A DNA stretch of 64,000 nt from positions 18,375 through 82,374 of the forward strand of contig CALXTE010000003.1 in assembly GCA_944391345.1 (NCBI GenBank), in the 5' to 3' direction. Origin of the DNA: an uncultured Alphaproteobacteria bacterium. GTDB taxonomy: Bacteria > Pseudomonadota > Alphaproteobacteria > RF32 > CAG-239. The notes beneath the pieces are model-generated. The model was not told the DNA's origin. It saw only the letters and a list, made by a program, of their open reading frames with translations, and ran no database searches. Of this stretch, positions 39,734 through 50,261 are shown piece by piece. The translations under genes were made by a program, and so were the position numbers. Positions within the stretch are counted from its first letter, which is position 1. Each line of letters opens with the position of its first letter.

Positions 39734-40244
39734 GGATTGGGGTGAAACACTTAAACTTTCAATACAGAAAATATTGCCTTTATTGACTTCGGTGATTTGG
39801 GTGGCGCTTTCTTATATGCCGTTTGATGTTCTGTTGCCGACAAATATTCATGCTAATGTTGCGGTTATTTGTGCTTATTATTGGATTTTGCATCGGCCGG
39901 ATGTGTTTAATTTGTTTTCGGTGTTTTTTCTGGGGTTGTTTGAGGATATATTGACCTCTGCTCCTTTGGGCTCAAGTATTTTTCAGCTTTTGCTTTTGTA
40001 TGTGCTTGTGGGCTATATGGTTAAATATTTTAACGGAAAGTCTTTTGAACTTTTGTGGCTTGGGTTTTTGCCATTGGCTTTTGTGGTGATGTTTGCTCGG
40101 TGGTTTGTGGTTTCTATTTATTATGCAGATTTTTTGCCCTTTGCATTACTTATGTTTTCTTTCTTATTGGCGTCTGCCGTTTATCCTTTGGTGACACTGG
40201 TAAATGTTTGGATTCAGAATAAGCTTATGACGGACGAGGCGTGA
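39726..40244 (+). CDS. mreD: Rod shape-determining protein MreD
   Basis: GGAGGA RBS 7 nt upstream; 5 TM helices; synteny. Confidence 0.7.
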   Translation: MNEDWGETLKLSIQKILPLLTSVIWVALSYMPFDVLLPTNIHANVAVICAYYWILHRPDVFNLFSVFFLGLFEDILTSAPLGSSIFQLLLLYVLVGYMVKYFNGKSFELLWLGFLPLAFVVMFARWFVVSIYYADFLPFALLMFSFLLASAVYPLVTLVNVWIQNKLMTDEA

Positions 40245-40245
40245 T

Positions 40246-42069
40246 ATGAATCGTGATAATGATAAAGGTAAAGTTCTGTTAAAACGCTCGCTGATTATGG
40301 CTTGCGGCATGGTGTTTTTGTTGTTGTGCATTATCTTTAGACTATATTATTTACAGGTTTATCAGGCCGACAAATTTAAGATGTTGGCTGATGAAAACCG
40401 AATTTCAACACGTCTGTTGATTCCGCAGCGCGGGATTATTTATGACAGAAATGGGGTGGTGCTGGCTACTAATGAGCAAAATTTTCAGGCTCTTATTGTG
40501 GCAGAGCAAACCGCAGATGTTCAGCAGACACTTGATTCCTTCAAAAAAATTATGCCGCTTGAGGATTTTGAAGAAGAGCGGATTAAGCGAGATTTGAAGC
40601 GCAATAAGAGCTTTGTTCCGATTAAAGTTAAAGACAATTTGACTTGGGAAGAAGTGTCAAAAATCCAGTTGAATGCTTCAGATTTGCCGGGGATATTTAT
40701 TGATGAAGGGCTGAACCGCTATTATCCTTATGGTGAAAAAATGGCACAGGTTCTTGGCTATGTGGCGGCTGTTTCCGATACGGATGTGAAAGATGATCCT
40801 TTGCTTGAAGTGCCGGGGTTTCAAATCGGAAAGTCCGGTATTGAAAAGTTTTTGGAGAAAAAATTGCGTGGAAAAGGCGGAATCCTCAAAATGGAAGTTA
40901 ATGCCTATGGCCGCGTTATGAAAGAAATTGAGGAAACGGAAGGTGTTCCCGGCGAAAATATTACCCTTACGCTTGATGCCAGATTGCAGGAAAAAGCTTT
41001 TGATGCTTTTGGGGAAGAAAGCGGGGCTGCAATTTTGTTGGATGTGCATAGCGGTGAAATCTTAGCCTTTGTTTCAACTCCGGCCTTTGATCCTAATGCT
41101 TTTACGCGCGGATTGAGCCACCAAGAGTGGAATGATTTGCAGACTAATGAAAAGAAACCTCTTATTAACAAAGCTATCCAAGGGCAATATTCTCCGGGAT
41201 CGGTCTTTAAGCCGATTGTGGCGCTGGCTGGATTGGAAGCGGGGGCCATAAAACCGGATACACGTTATTTTTGTGCCGGAAAAATGTTTTTGGGTGACCA
41301 TCCGTTCCATTGTTGGAAGCGTGCCGGACATGGTTATTTGGGTGTCGTCGAGGCTTTAATGCATTCTTGTGATATTTATTTTTATGAAACGGCTCAACGT
41401 GTGGGAATTGATAAAATTGCCGAAGTGGCGCGTCGCTTTGGACTGGGCAGCAAAATAAATATCGGGCTTGAGCATGAAAAAGCCGGACTTATTCCGGATA
41501 AAGAATGGAAGTTGAAGCGTTTTGGTGAGCCGTGGCAGGTTGGCGAAAGTCTTATCTCTGGAATTGGGCAAGGGTATATTTTGGTAACGCCTTTGCAGCT
41601 GGCGACAATGACGGCTCGTCTGGTTAATGGCGGCTATGAGGTTGTTCCGACCTTTTTCCCGATTGATGACCTTAATTTGCTCAAAATTAAAAAAATTAAT
41701 GTTTCTGATACTTATCTTGATGTGGTGAAACAAGGAATGTTTGATGTTGTCAACCATCTTCACGGAACGGCTTGGGCTTCGCGCTTTGATTATAAAGGCA
41801 TGAAAATGGCCGGTAAAACAGGGTCGGTTCAGGTTCGGCGTATTACGCTGAAAGAGCGTCAGAGCGGTATTATTAAGCAAAAAGATTTGCCTTGGAAGTA
41901 TCGTGATCATGCTATTTTTATCGGTTATGCGCCGGCAGACAACCCAAAATATGCGGTGGCGGTTGTGGTGGAGCATGGTGGTGGCGGATCTTCCGTAGCG
42001 GCGCCGATTGCCAGCAAAATTTTGTATGAGAGTTTGGTTTTGGATCCGGTTGATTATCGAAAGCACTAA
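40246..42069 (+). CDS. mrdA: Peptidoglycan transpeptidase PBP2
   Basis: SxxK, SxN and KTG motifs. Confidence 0.92.
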   Translation: MNRDNDKGKVLLKRSLIMACGMVFLLLCIIFRLYYLQVYQADKFKMLADENRISTRLLIPQRGIIYDRNGVVLATNEQNFQALIVAEQTADVQQTLDSFKKIMPLEDFEEERIKRDLKRNKSFVPIKVKDNLTWEEVSKIQLNASDLPGIFIDEGLNRYYPYGEKMAQVLGYVAAVSDTDVKDDPLLEVPGFQIGKSGIEKFLEKKLRGKGGILKMEVNAYGRVMKEIEETEGVPGENITLTLDARLQEKAFDAFGEESGAAILLDVHSGEILAFVSTPAFDPNAFTRGLSHQEWNDLQTNEKKPLINKAIQGQYSPGSVFKPIVALAGLEAGAIKPDTRYFCAGKMFLGDHPFHCWKRAGHGYLGVVEALMHSCDIYFYETAQRVGIDKIAEVARRFGLGSKINIGLEHEKAGLIPDKEWKLKRFGEPWQVGESLISGIGQGYILVTPLQLATMTARLVNGGYEVVPTFFPIDDLNLLKIKKINVSDTYLDVVKQGMFDVVNHLHGTAWASRFDYKGMKMAGKTGSVQVRRITLKERQSGIIKQKDLPWKYRDHAIFIGYAPADNPKYAVAVVVEHGGGGSSVAAPIASKILYESLVLDPVDYRKH

Positions 42070-42078
42070 GAGGAAAAA

Positions 42079-43227
42079 ATGTATAAACCTTATGAAACAA
42101 GTTTTCGTGCACAGCGAATGTCAATTAAAGAAAAACTGATGAATATTAGTTTTTGGTATGTGTTTTTTATTTGTTTGTTAGCCGCTATCGGTGTGACGAT
42201 GCTTTATTCGGCCGCTAACGGGAGTTGGTCTCCTTGGGCGATTAATCAGCTTATGCGTTTTGGGGTCGGCTTGGGCGTGATGATTGTTTTTGCGCTTATC
42301 GATATTCGCTTGTTTATGCGCTATGCTTATGTGTTTTACTTTTTTACGCTTATTCTTTTGTTTATTGTTGAAATTGGCGGGCATGTGGGAATGGGTGCGC
42401 AGCGTTGGATTAATTTTGGTTTTTTCAAGCTACAGCCATCCGAATTGATGAAAATAGCACTGGTTCTGGCTTTGGCTCGGTATTTTCATGCATCTTCTTT
42501 GCAAAGTATTGAAAGCGTGAAGGGAATGGTGCCGCCTTTGTTATTGGCTTTGGTTCCGGCCGGACTGGTTATTATTCAGCCTGATTTGGGAACCGGACTT
42601 ATGCTGATTATGACGACAACTGCAATTTTCTTTTGTGTCGGTGTGCAGATATGGAAATTTGCGGTGCTGGGAGTGGGAGCTGTGATTATGGCGCCGATTG
42701 CTTGGCATTTTTTGCATGATTATCAAAAAAATCGTGTTCTTACTTTTCTTAACCCTGAGCGCGATCCTCTGGGCGCCGGATATCATATTATACAATCTAA
42801 AATCGCTTTGGGGTCGGGCGGTGTGTTTGGAAAAGGTTTTCTTAAAGGAACGCAGAGCCATCTTAACTTTTTGCCGGAAAAGCATACGGACTTTATTTAT
42901 ACCATGCTTTCGGAAGAATTTGGTATGATTGGTGCCGTTGCCGTTATTTTGATTAATTTTTGTATTATTGCTTATGGTTATTCTTTTGCTTTTAAAAGCA
43001 GCAGCTATTTTGGTAAAATTTTGGCCATTGGCTTAACAACAAACTACTTTTTGTATGTGTTTATTAACACGGCAATGGTATTGGGACTTATTCCGGTGGT
43101 GGGAATTCCGCTTCCGCTTATTTCTTATGGCGGAACAGTGATGCTTTCTATTATGGCAAGCTTTGGAATTTTACTGTCGGTTCATATTAATCGTAATATT
43201 TCTGTCGGAAAAGAATCGTCTTTTTAA
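42079..43227 (+). CDS. rodA: Peptidoglycan glycosyltransferase RodA (SEDS family)
   Basis: 382 aa SEDS. Confidence 0.92.
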   Translation: MYKPYETSFRAQRMSIKEKLMNISFWYVFFICLLAAIGVTMLYSAANGSWSPWAINQLMRFGVGLGVMIVFALIDIRLFMRYAYVFYFFTLILLFIVEIGGHVGMGAQRWINFGFFKLQPSELMKIALVLALARYFHASSLQSIESVKGMVPPLLLALVPAGLVIIQPDLGTGLMLIMTTTAIFFCVGVQIWKFAVLGVGAVIMAPIAWHFLHDYQKNRVLTFLNPERDPLGAGYHIIQSKIALGSGGVFGKGFLKGTQSHLNFLPEKHTDFIYTMLSEEFGMIGAVAVILINFCIIAYGYSFAFKSSSYFGKILAIGLTTNYFLYVFINTAMVLGLIPVVGIPLPLISYGGTVMLSIMASFGILLSVHINRNISVGKESSF

Positions 43228-43940
43228 TAGCCGAGACGTTGTTCCAGTTCAATGAGGCTGTGCGCCGAAAGATATGGGTTGCACAGCTTTTCTTCTTTTA
43301 GGCTATAAGGGCCGGCGGGCAAGCCCTTTTTGAGGTTGGTTTGGGCTTGTTCAAGATATTTGATGACTTCCGGTGCGTTGTTGCTTATCCTTAGTGCATC
43401 TCTGGCGCCGTAAAGTGTGTATTCGTGTCCGGGGTAAAACTTTACGTCATCGGGTAATTTTTGAATTTTTTTGAGGGATGACCACATTTGTTCTATGGTT
43501 CCTTCAAAAATGCCGCCAATGCACAAGTTAAATAAGACATCTCCGGTAAAAAGGGCTTTGTCTTTGGCAAAATACCATAAGACGTGACCGATTGTGTGGC
43601 CATCGGCGCTGATGATTTGGGCCGGTGTTTCTCCCAGATTGAAAATTTCTCCTTCTTTTATTCCGATATCTATTCCGGGGATGCGGGCGGCATCTGCGGC
43701 ATTGCCGACAATGCGAGCGTGGAACAAGGATTTTAGCTCGAGATTGCTGTCGGTGTGGTCAAAATGATGGTGGGTATTCAAAATATATTCGGGTTGAATA
43801 TTTTGCTGGTTGCAAGCCTCAATTATCGGAGCTGATTCTGAAGGGTCAATAATTGCACTTATACCGCTTGCTTCGTCACTAATCAGGTAAGAATAATTAT
43901 CCATTGTGCCGGCGCGGCAGAGAATCGATGTTATTTTCAT
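43224..43940 (-). CDS. gloB: Metallo-beta-lactamase fold hydrolase, hydroxyacylglutathione hydrolase-like
   Basis: HHHFDH motif; 1-nt overlap with the upstream HD-GYP gene. Confidence 0.7.
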   Translation of the reverse strand: MKITSILCRAGTMDNYSYLISDEASGISAIIDPSESAPIIEACNQQNIQPEYILNTHHHFDHTDSNLELKSLFHARIVGNAADAARIPGIDIGIKEGEIFNLGETPAQIISADGHTIGHVLWYFAKDKALFTGDVLFNLCIGGIFEGTIEQMWSSLKKIQKLPDDVKFYPGHEYTLYGARDALRISNNAPEVIKYLEQAQTNLKKGLPAGPYSLKEEKLCNPYLSAHSLIELEQRLGY

Positions 43941-45622
43941 TAGAAATAATCCTCCGGACGGACTTCATCTATTTGACTGGGTGAAATGTATTGTTCTGCA
44001 TATTCTTTATATATTTCATTTTCTATGAAGACATGATACAAGTCAGGGTCGATGTGGCCGCTGTTTTTCATGTCTTTCATAATGCTCAGAACTTCACTTA
44101 ATTTCTTGGGTTCTTTGTAGGGGCGATCACTTGCTGTCAGGGCTTCAAAAATATCAGCAATGGCCATGATTTTGGCCGGTACGGACATTTGTGCGCCGGT
44201 GAGCCCATTGGGGTAGCCTTTGCCGTCAACGCGTTCATGATGAGCGCCGGCATATTCTACAACTTTTGAAAGTTCTTTGGGGAAATGGATGGCTTTGAGC
44301 ATGTCTATGGTGACGACAATATGTTCGTTTATTTTTTCTCTTTCCTCTTTATTGATGGTGCCCTTAGGAATTTCCAGATTGTAGAGCTCACCGTAGTTAT
44401 AGCCTTTGCTGATTAAGTCCGGACGATTTTGCAGCAGAGATTCATAGCCGGGGTTTTTGTAGGCTTTCATGTCTTTGATATTTTCTTTTTCGCTCCAAGA
44501 AAGGCCCAAGGTACGGTCAAAGTATCTGACAAATTTTATGTCGGTGAGTTTTTCGAGGCGCAGAATGTCGGCTTCGGTGACTTCGGTATCGCCGGTATTG
44601 CAACGTGCAATGAAGCTGAAATCGTCTTCCAGTTGTTTGACCTTGCCGATGAATTCTTTTTGGAGTTCCTCTTTGCTTTCTGCATTTGCCAGACGTTTTT
44701 TGAGGTAGTCAATATGAGCGTCGCGGCGCAGAATTTCGAATCTGTCGCGGATTTCGTGAATGCGGTTGTATATGGTTTCAAGCTTGGTGGCTTTATCAAC
44801 AATATATTCCGGGGTGGTGATTTTTCCGCAATCGTGCAGCCATGAGGCGATGTTTAGCGCATACCAATCATCGCGGCTCATTTCAAAATTCTTTAAGGGG
44901 CCGGTGGTTTGTTGTACGGCGGCTGTGGCCAACATTCGCGCAATGACGGGAACACGTTGACAATGGGCGCCGGTATAAGGTGATTTGGCGTCAATGGCGC
45001 GCGCGAGAACCTCTATGAAAGATTCCAAAAGCTGGTTGTAAGAGGCGCGCAGCTGTCGGTTTTCTATTGTTATGCCGGCCAAAGAAGTAATGGATTGAAG
45101 TTGTTTTTGCATTTCTTGATTATATGAAATGATTTTGCCATAATTGTCTTTGGCGTTGATAAATTGAATGACGGCAATTACGTGGCCTTTGCGGTTGATT
45201 ATCGGCAAAGACAAACATGATACGACGGTGTAGTTTAAGTCTGTTTCAAAGCGTTTGAATAATTTATTGTCATAATCAATTGCAGAGAAAACATTGGCAG
45301 AATTTAGAATTTCTTTATTGTAAGCGCAACTTTCGGCCATGCTTTTTATTGGTTTATTCTTTAATTCCGGCAGATATATGGTGGCGTAAAGCGAGATGTT
45401 GTCACTGCCGATTTTTTTGATGTTTAAGCTTTCTATACGCGTTACTTCAAGACTGAAAAAATTGTCATCATTAAGAATATATGTAAAAATGCCGTCTGAT
45501 TGGCTTATTTTTTGTGCGTAGCTCAAAATTTGGGACAAGACGATATCGTAATCTTTTTCTTTTAAGATTTTGTTGTTTAATTCCAGCAATTCGGACAACT
45601 GGTTTTCTGCTGATTCTGCCAC
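43940..45622 (-). CDS. GAF-domain HD-GYP phosphodiesterase
   Basis: HD..HHERVDGKGYP motifs. Confidence 0.85.
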   Translation of the reverse strand: MAESAENQLSELLELNNKILKEKDYDIVLSQILSYAQKISQSDGIFTYILNDDNFFSLEVTRIESLNIKKIGSDNISLYATIYLPELKNKPIKSMAESCAYNKEILNSANVFSAIDYDNKLFKRFETDLNYTVVSCLSLPIINRKGHVIAVIQFINAKDNYGKIISYNQEMQKQLQSITSLAGITIENRQLRASYNQLLESFIEVLARAIDAKSPYTGAHCQRVPVIARMLATAAVQQTTGPLKNFEMSRDDWYALNIASWLHDCGKITTPEYIVDKATKLETIYNRIHEIRDRFEILRRDAHIDYLKKRLANAESKEELQKEFIGKVKQLEDDFSFIARCNTGDTEVTEADILRLEKLTDIKFVRYFDRTLGLSWSEKENIKDMKAYKNPGYESLLQNRPDLISKGYNYGELYNLEIPKGTINKEEREKINEHIVVTIDMLKAIHFPKELSKVVEYAGAHHERVDGKGYPNGLTGAQMSVPAKIMAIADIFEALTASDRPYKEPKKLSEVLSIMKDMKNSGHIDPDLYHVFIENEIYKEYAEQYISPSQIDEVRPEDYF

Positions 45623-45693
45623 ACTTTTTCTCCTTCTTCAAAGAGTTGTTTGTTTTAATATAAGGTCTTTTCCTTAATTTTTAATCAACAAAA

Positions 45694-45728
45694 TAAAAAA
45701 ACCGAAGATGCTTCTTCGGTTTTTTAAG
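45694..45728. terminator. Bidirectional terminator (AAACCGAAGA-TGCT-TCTTCGGTTT)
   Basis: Perfect stem with A/T runs. Confidence 0.7.
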
Positions 45729-45764
45729 TTATGCCCCTAATTCTATAACTGTATTTATATGATT

Positions 45765-45971
45765 TTAGTGTGTTTTGGCTGCAGCTTCTCTCATTGCAGC
45801 GTTAACAGCGATTTCTTTTTCAGCTTTGCTGAGGATATTGGCAGCTTCTTTGGCGTCAAAATTTCTTTCTGCGTTGCTGGCCAGTGTTTTGGTTCCGCCT
45901 TTGGTGAAAAACTTTTTAGCTTCTCCGTTTCCGAAAATTTTTGCGGCGTTTTCTTTGGTAATATTTGACAT
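45765..45971 (-). CDS. Small hydrophilic K/A/E-rich protein (68 aa), unknown function
   Basis: Favoured over the overlapping + strand ORF by composition and terminator orientation. Confidence 0.45.
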   Translation of the reverse strand: MSNITKENAAKIFGNGEAKKFFTKGGTKTLASNAERNFDAKEAANILSKAEKEIAVNAAMREAAAKTH

Positions 45972-46168
45972 AACTTTTCTCCTTAACATATTTTTATTAT
46001 TTATTTTTGCCTCTCTCTTTTGTCTATTATCTCAATAATTTTAATCTTTGTCAAGAGGTTTCAACCAAAAAAGTGCAAAAATAATTATGTAATTGCTTTA
46101 TTTATACACGATTATATACTTAATTCAATAATGAATCTTTAATTTTTCAAAAAAATCGGAGCTTTTTT

Positions 46169-47758
46169 ATGTCTTTGTTTAAATCTGTGGCAACTTTTGG
46201 CGGTTTTACCCTTGTCAGCCGTGTGACCGGTTTTATCCGCGATATGGTGTTGGCAAATTTTTTGGGTGCCGGAAAAGTCGCAGATGCTTTTTTTGTGGCG
46301 TTTAAGCTGCCGAATCTGTTTCGCAGTCTTTTTGCCGAAGGCGCTTTTACTTCAGCTTTTGTGCCGATGTTGTCTTCAAAAATGGTGGCGGAAGGGCAAA
46401 ATAAAGCGATTGTGTTTGCCTCTCAGGCTATTTCGGTTTTGACATTCTTTTTGCTGATTTTTACAATTATTATGGAATTTTTTATGCCGGAATTGATGCT
46501 GGTTTTGGCTCCGGGGTTTGCTGATGATCCTGAAAAACTTGAGTTAGCCACGGTTTTATCTCGATTGACTTTTCCGTTTTTGCTCTTTATTTCAATCGTT
46601 TCTTTTCAATCGGGGATTTTGAATGCTTTGAATAAGTTTGCTGCGCCTGCCGCTGCGCCGGTTATTCTGAATCTGATGATGATATTTTCAGTTTTTATTT
46701 TTGTGCCTTTGGGAACAACGCCGGCTCATGGAATCGCTTTTGGTGTTAGTTTTGCAGGTGTGTTGGAAATTTTGTGGCTGGCTTTTTTTCTTAAGCGTGC
46801 CGGTGTGGTTATTCGTCCGCAATGGAATATTCGTCGATTGATAAAACACGAAGATATTAAAATTTTGTTCAAGCGTATTGCTCCGGGGGTGTTGGGCGCC
46901 GGTGTTTATCAGATTAATATGATGGTGGATACAATCATTGTTTCTTTGGTAGGGACAGGGGCTATTTCTTGGCTTTATTATGCGAATCGGTTGCAGCAGC
47001 TTCCGCTTGGAGTGATTGGCGCTGCTATCAGTGTGGCTTTGTTGCCTATCTTGTCTAAAAGCATTAAAACCGGTGATGTGGAAGAAACGAATCGCCTTCA
47101 GTCGCGTGCGGTTGAATATGGGGCGTTGCTTTCTTTTCCGGCGGCAGTGGCGTTGATTGTTTTGGCCGAGCCGATTGTTAATATTTTATTTCAGCATGGA
47201 AAATTCGGTGCTCATGAAACGCAGATGACTGCTTATGCGGTGATGGCTTATTCGGTCGGGTTGCCGGTTTATGTGTTGGTCAAAGCCTTGACCCCTAATT
47301 TTTTTGCCAGAGGCGATACAAAGACGCCGGTTAAATATAGTATTGTCGTATTTGTTTGTAATATGGTGTTTTCTATTCTTTTGATGAAGCCGTTTGGGCA
47401 TGTCGGAGTGGCTTTTGCGACAACTTTGGCGGCCTTTGTGTCTTTTTATCAATATAAAAGAGGGTTGAAAAAACGTGGCTATTGGAAGTTTAGCAAAGAA
47501 CTGAATATCAAAATCTTTTATATATTGTTGTCTTCACTGATTATGGGGGGCGTGCTTTACGGCTGCTTGTTGGCTTTGAATCAAGCTTTTGGTGATTGGT
47601 TGGCCTTGGCTTATTGGAAAAAATGCGGACTTTTTGCAGTTTTGTGCATTTTGGGTGTTGCAAGTTTTGGGATTATGGCTAAACTAACTCATATATTTGA
47701 TTTTAATGAGCTGCGCCGCTTGTTGCCGCATAAGGGAAAAGTTAATGCTGAAAAATAA
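46169..47758 (+). CDS. murJ: Lipid II flippase MurJ
   Basis: 529 aa, 14 TM helices. Confidence 0.95.
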   Translation: MSLFKSVATFGGFTLVSRVTGFIRDMVLANFLGAGKVADAFFVAFKLPNLFRSLFAEGAFTSAFVPMLSSKMVAEGQNKAIVFASQAISVLTFFLLIFTIIMEFFMPELMLVLAPGFADDPEKLELATVLSRLTFPFLLFISIVSFQSGILNALNKFAAPAAAPVILNLMMIFSVFIFVPLGTTPAHGIAFGVSFAGVLEILWLAFFLKRAGVVIRPQWNIRRLIKHEDIKILFKRIAPGVLGAGVYQINMMVDTIIVSLVGTGAISWLYYANRLQQLPLGVIGAAISVALLPILSKSIKTGDVEETNRLQSRAVEYGALLSFPAAVALIVLAEPIVNILFQHGKFGAHETQMTAYAVMAYSVGLPVYVLVKALTPNFFARGDTKTPVKYSIVVFVCNMVFSILLMKPFGHVGVAFATTLAAFVSFYQYKRGLKKRGYWKFSKELNIKIFYILLSSLIMGGVLYGCLLALNQAFGDWLALAYWKKCGLFAVLCILGVASFGIMAKLTHIFDFNELRRLLPHKGKVNAEK

Positions 47759-48755
47759 GATTGCGGACTTTGGGAAAAATATTGTTTCTCGTTTAAAGAG
47801 ATTTCGGACGACCGGCGATGGTTTGTTGCGCGGGTCTTCTTTGTTTGTGAAATCTTGGGGGCGCTTGCTGGCTGTGATTGCCGCGCTTATCTTTTGCTTG
47901 TATTATCCCATTGGGGCGTATTTGATTCATCATATTGATAAAAATGTTGATTATGATGTCAGGCCCGATAAGTCAACGCAATCTGCCAGTGTGGAGATGG
48001 CGGCTTCTATCATAAATCGTGAAGTTAATGAAAATATGTGGACGCCGAATCTGCCTTTTTTCTTTCCGTCTTATTTTTTGGATGATATGCCGAACTTTCA
48101 GTTGGGTGTGATTTCTGCCGTGCAGACTTCGATTAGTGCTTTAAGCCAGAAGATTTCTTCCGATAATGTTCCTGATGATAAAGATTATCCGCTAAAAACG
48201 GCGGCTGAGTTATTATCTTATCCGGGGACGGTTTGGCTGCTTGATCCTCAAAATAAAATTAAGCCGGTGCCGTCTTCGGCAAGGCAGTACCGAAAAGCAA
48301 GGCGCGAGCTTTTATTGTTTAATCAAAAATTAGCACAAGGTGAGGCTTTGTTTTATCGTAGTCCACAGGATTTAGCCTTTATATTAAAAAAGATGTCCGG
48401 GGTTTTGAAAAAATCGGAGCAAGATTTGGCGGATCAGGTTCGAGAATATAGCTCAACCTTTTGGGATATGAAGGCTGATGATATGTTCTTTTTTGTGCAG
48501 GGGCAGGCCTATGGATTTTTGCTGATGATGAAGGCTTTTGCTGTGGATTATCGTGAGCAGATTGTCGATTTGGGACTCTATGAAGAATGGACACATCTGC
48601 TTAAAGCTTTGGAGAACGGGGTCTTGATTTCTCCTTGGTGGGTCAGAAATGCCGATGAAAACAGTTCTTTTGCGCCGAACCATCTTGATTATTTGCGCCT
48701 TTATTTGCTAAAAGCTCAGATTTTGGCAGATAAGCTTCAGAGGCGGTTGTCTTAG
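47745..48755 (+). CDS. DUF2333-like membrane-anchored protein conserved after murJ
   Basis: AAGGGA RBS; overlaps the murJ stop. Confidence 0.55.
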   Translation: MLKNKIADFGKNIVSRLKRFRTTGDGLLRGSSLFVKSWGRLLAVIAALIFCLYYPIGAYLIHHIDKNVDYDVRPDKSTQSASVEMAASIINREVNENMWTPNLPFFFPSYFLDDMPNFQLGVISAVQTSISALSQKISSDNVPDDKDYPLKTAAELLSYPGTVWLLDPQNKIKPVPSSARQYRKARRELLLFNQKLAQGEALFYRSPQDLAFILKKMSGVLKKSEQDLADQVREYSSTFWDMKADDMFFFVQGQAYGFLLMMKAFAVDYREQIVDLGLYEEWTHLLKALENGVLISPWWVRNADENSSFAPNHLDYLRLYLLKAQILADKLQRRLS

Positions 48756-48774
48756 TTTTTTAGGAATTTTGATT

Positions 48775-49311
48775 ATGCTTATTGAAACTCAAATTACTCC
48801 CGATGCTGATGTGATGAACTTTTTTCCAAACCAACCCCTTTGGGAAAAAGGGCAGGCGGAGTTTGTTGATGCAAAGTCTTTACGCAAGTCTCCTTTGGCT
48901 GAGGCCTTGGTGGATTTGGGGCAAATTGTTTCGGTCTTTATTGCGCCGGATATGATCTCGGTTAAAAAAGAATCAACTGCTTCGTGGGAAGATTTGAAGC
49001 CGTTGGTTATGGCGGAGATTATGGATTTTTTAGCTACCGGTGAAAAAGTGGTTTTGTTTTCCGATGCTGATAAAGATGATGAGATTGTGGCTAAAATTAA
49101 AGGACTTTTGGACGCAAGAATCCGTCCGGCGGTTAAACAAGACGGCGGCGATATTGCCTTTTTGCGCTATGCGGACGGTATCGTGTATGTTGAAATGAAA
49201 GGGGCTTGCGCCGGTTGTCCTTATGCTGCGGTTACCCTTAAAGAAGGGGTGGAAAAAATTTTGAAGACTTATATTCCGGAGGTTAAAGCTGTCGAAAATT
49301 CTAAGGCATAG
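48775..49311 (+). CDS. nfuA: NifU/Nfu-type Fe-S cluster protein
   Basis: C-terminal CAGCPYA motif. Confidence 0.8.
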   Translation: MLIETQITPDADVMNFFPNQPLWEKGQAEFVDAKSLRKSPLAEALVDLGQIVSVFIAPDMISVKKESTASWEDLKPLVMAEIMDFLATGEKVVLFSDADKDDEIVAKIKGLLDARIRPAVKQDGGDIAFLRYADGIVYVEMKGACAGCPYAAVTLKEGVEKILKTYIPEVKAVENSKA

Positions 49312-49354
49312 TTTATTCTTATTTTGTGTTTGTTCGCTTTTTTTCTTTTCATGT

Positions 49355-50170
49355 ATGGAAAAAGCGATGGCCTTAGATGTGCCGAAAGTTTCAGCCGCTG
49401 AGCTTGAAAAAATTTTTAAGGAAAATGACTATAATAATTTTCTTTTGCCCAAAAATTGGCAATATCCGAGCATATTTGTTGAGACGCTGCCTTATGATTA
49501 TACTTCCATAAAGTCTGAAATGGAGCAACGGCGCCTTTTTATTATGACTTTGATTCCTCTGGCGCTTAAACTCAATCAAGAAATTTTGTATGAGCGAAAT
49601 GTAATCCTTTATATTAATTATAAATATCAAACAGAAACGCTTGATAAAACAGATATTGAAATTATTGAGAACTTTGCGCGTAAATATGATGTTTTTACGC
49701 CCGAAAAAGGAGAGGCCAGAATCAGCCTCTTGTTGCAAGAATTGTTGCGTCGGGTTGATGCTGTTCCTCCTTCGATTATGGTTGCGGCGGCGGCTCTTAA
49801 TACAAATTGGGGTAATGCCAAGTTTTTGCCGGCGTCAAATGCTTTGTATCGCGAGTTGGTTTGGTATTCTGACGAAGGTTTAATTCCTGAAGACGAAACA
49901 GAAGAAACGGAGTATCGTATCAGAATCTTTCCGTCACTTTATGAGGCAATGAAGTCTTTTGCTTTGCGGCTTAATTCTTCGGTTGATTTTCCGGAGTTTC
50001 GGTGGCTCAGAAGTCGCCAGCGTTATGGTGGGCAGGTTCTGTCCGGAAAATTTTTGATTGCTTTTTTGGTCTTTGCTTCTGAAATAGAAAATTTTGTTGG
50101 CATGATGGATTATATTATTACGTTTTATCGGCTTAATGAGGTTGATCAGTTTGCCGTCTTAAAGGACTAG
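49355..50170 (+). CDS. Bax-like / glucosaminidase-domain protein (COG2992)
   Basis: Family similarity. Confidence 0.55.
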   Translation: MEKAMALDVPKVSAAELEKIFKENDYNNFLLPKNWQYPSIFVETLPYDYTSIKSEMEQRRLFIMTLIPLALKLNQEILYERNVILYINYKYQTETLDKTDIEIIENFARKYDVFTPEKGEARISLLLQELLRRVDAVPPSIMVAAAALNTNWGNAKFLPASNALYRELVWYSDEGLIPEDETEETEYRIRIFPSLYEAMKSFALRLNSSVDFPEFRWLRSRQRYGGQVLSGKFLIAFLVFASEIENFVGMMDYIITFYRLNEVDQFAVLKD

Positions 50171-50261
50171 CTCTTTGATTAATCTTGTTACAAAAGTTTA
50201 ATATTTTTTTATAAAAATTTGTTGTACAATGGTTTTAGGTGAATAGATTAGGTGTTGCGCT

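Noticed and set aside
45775-46038. 87-aa + strand ORF (A/L/S-rich)
   Set aside because: It is the mirror-image composition of the K/A/E-rich minus-strand small protein. The terminator orientation supports the minus-strand gene.
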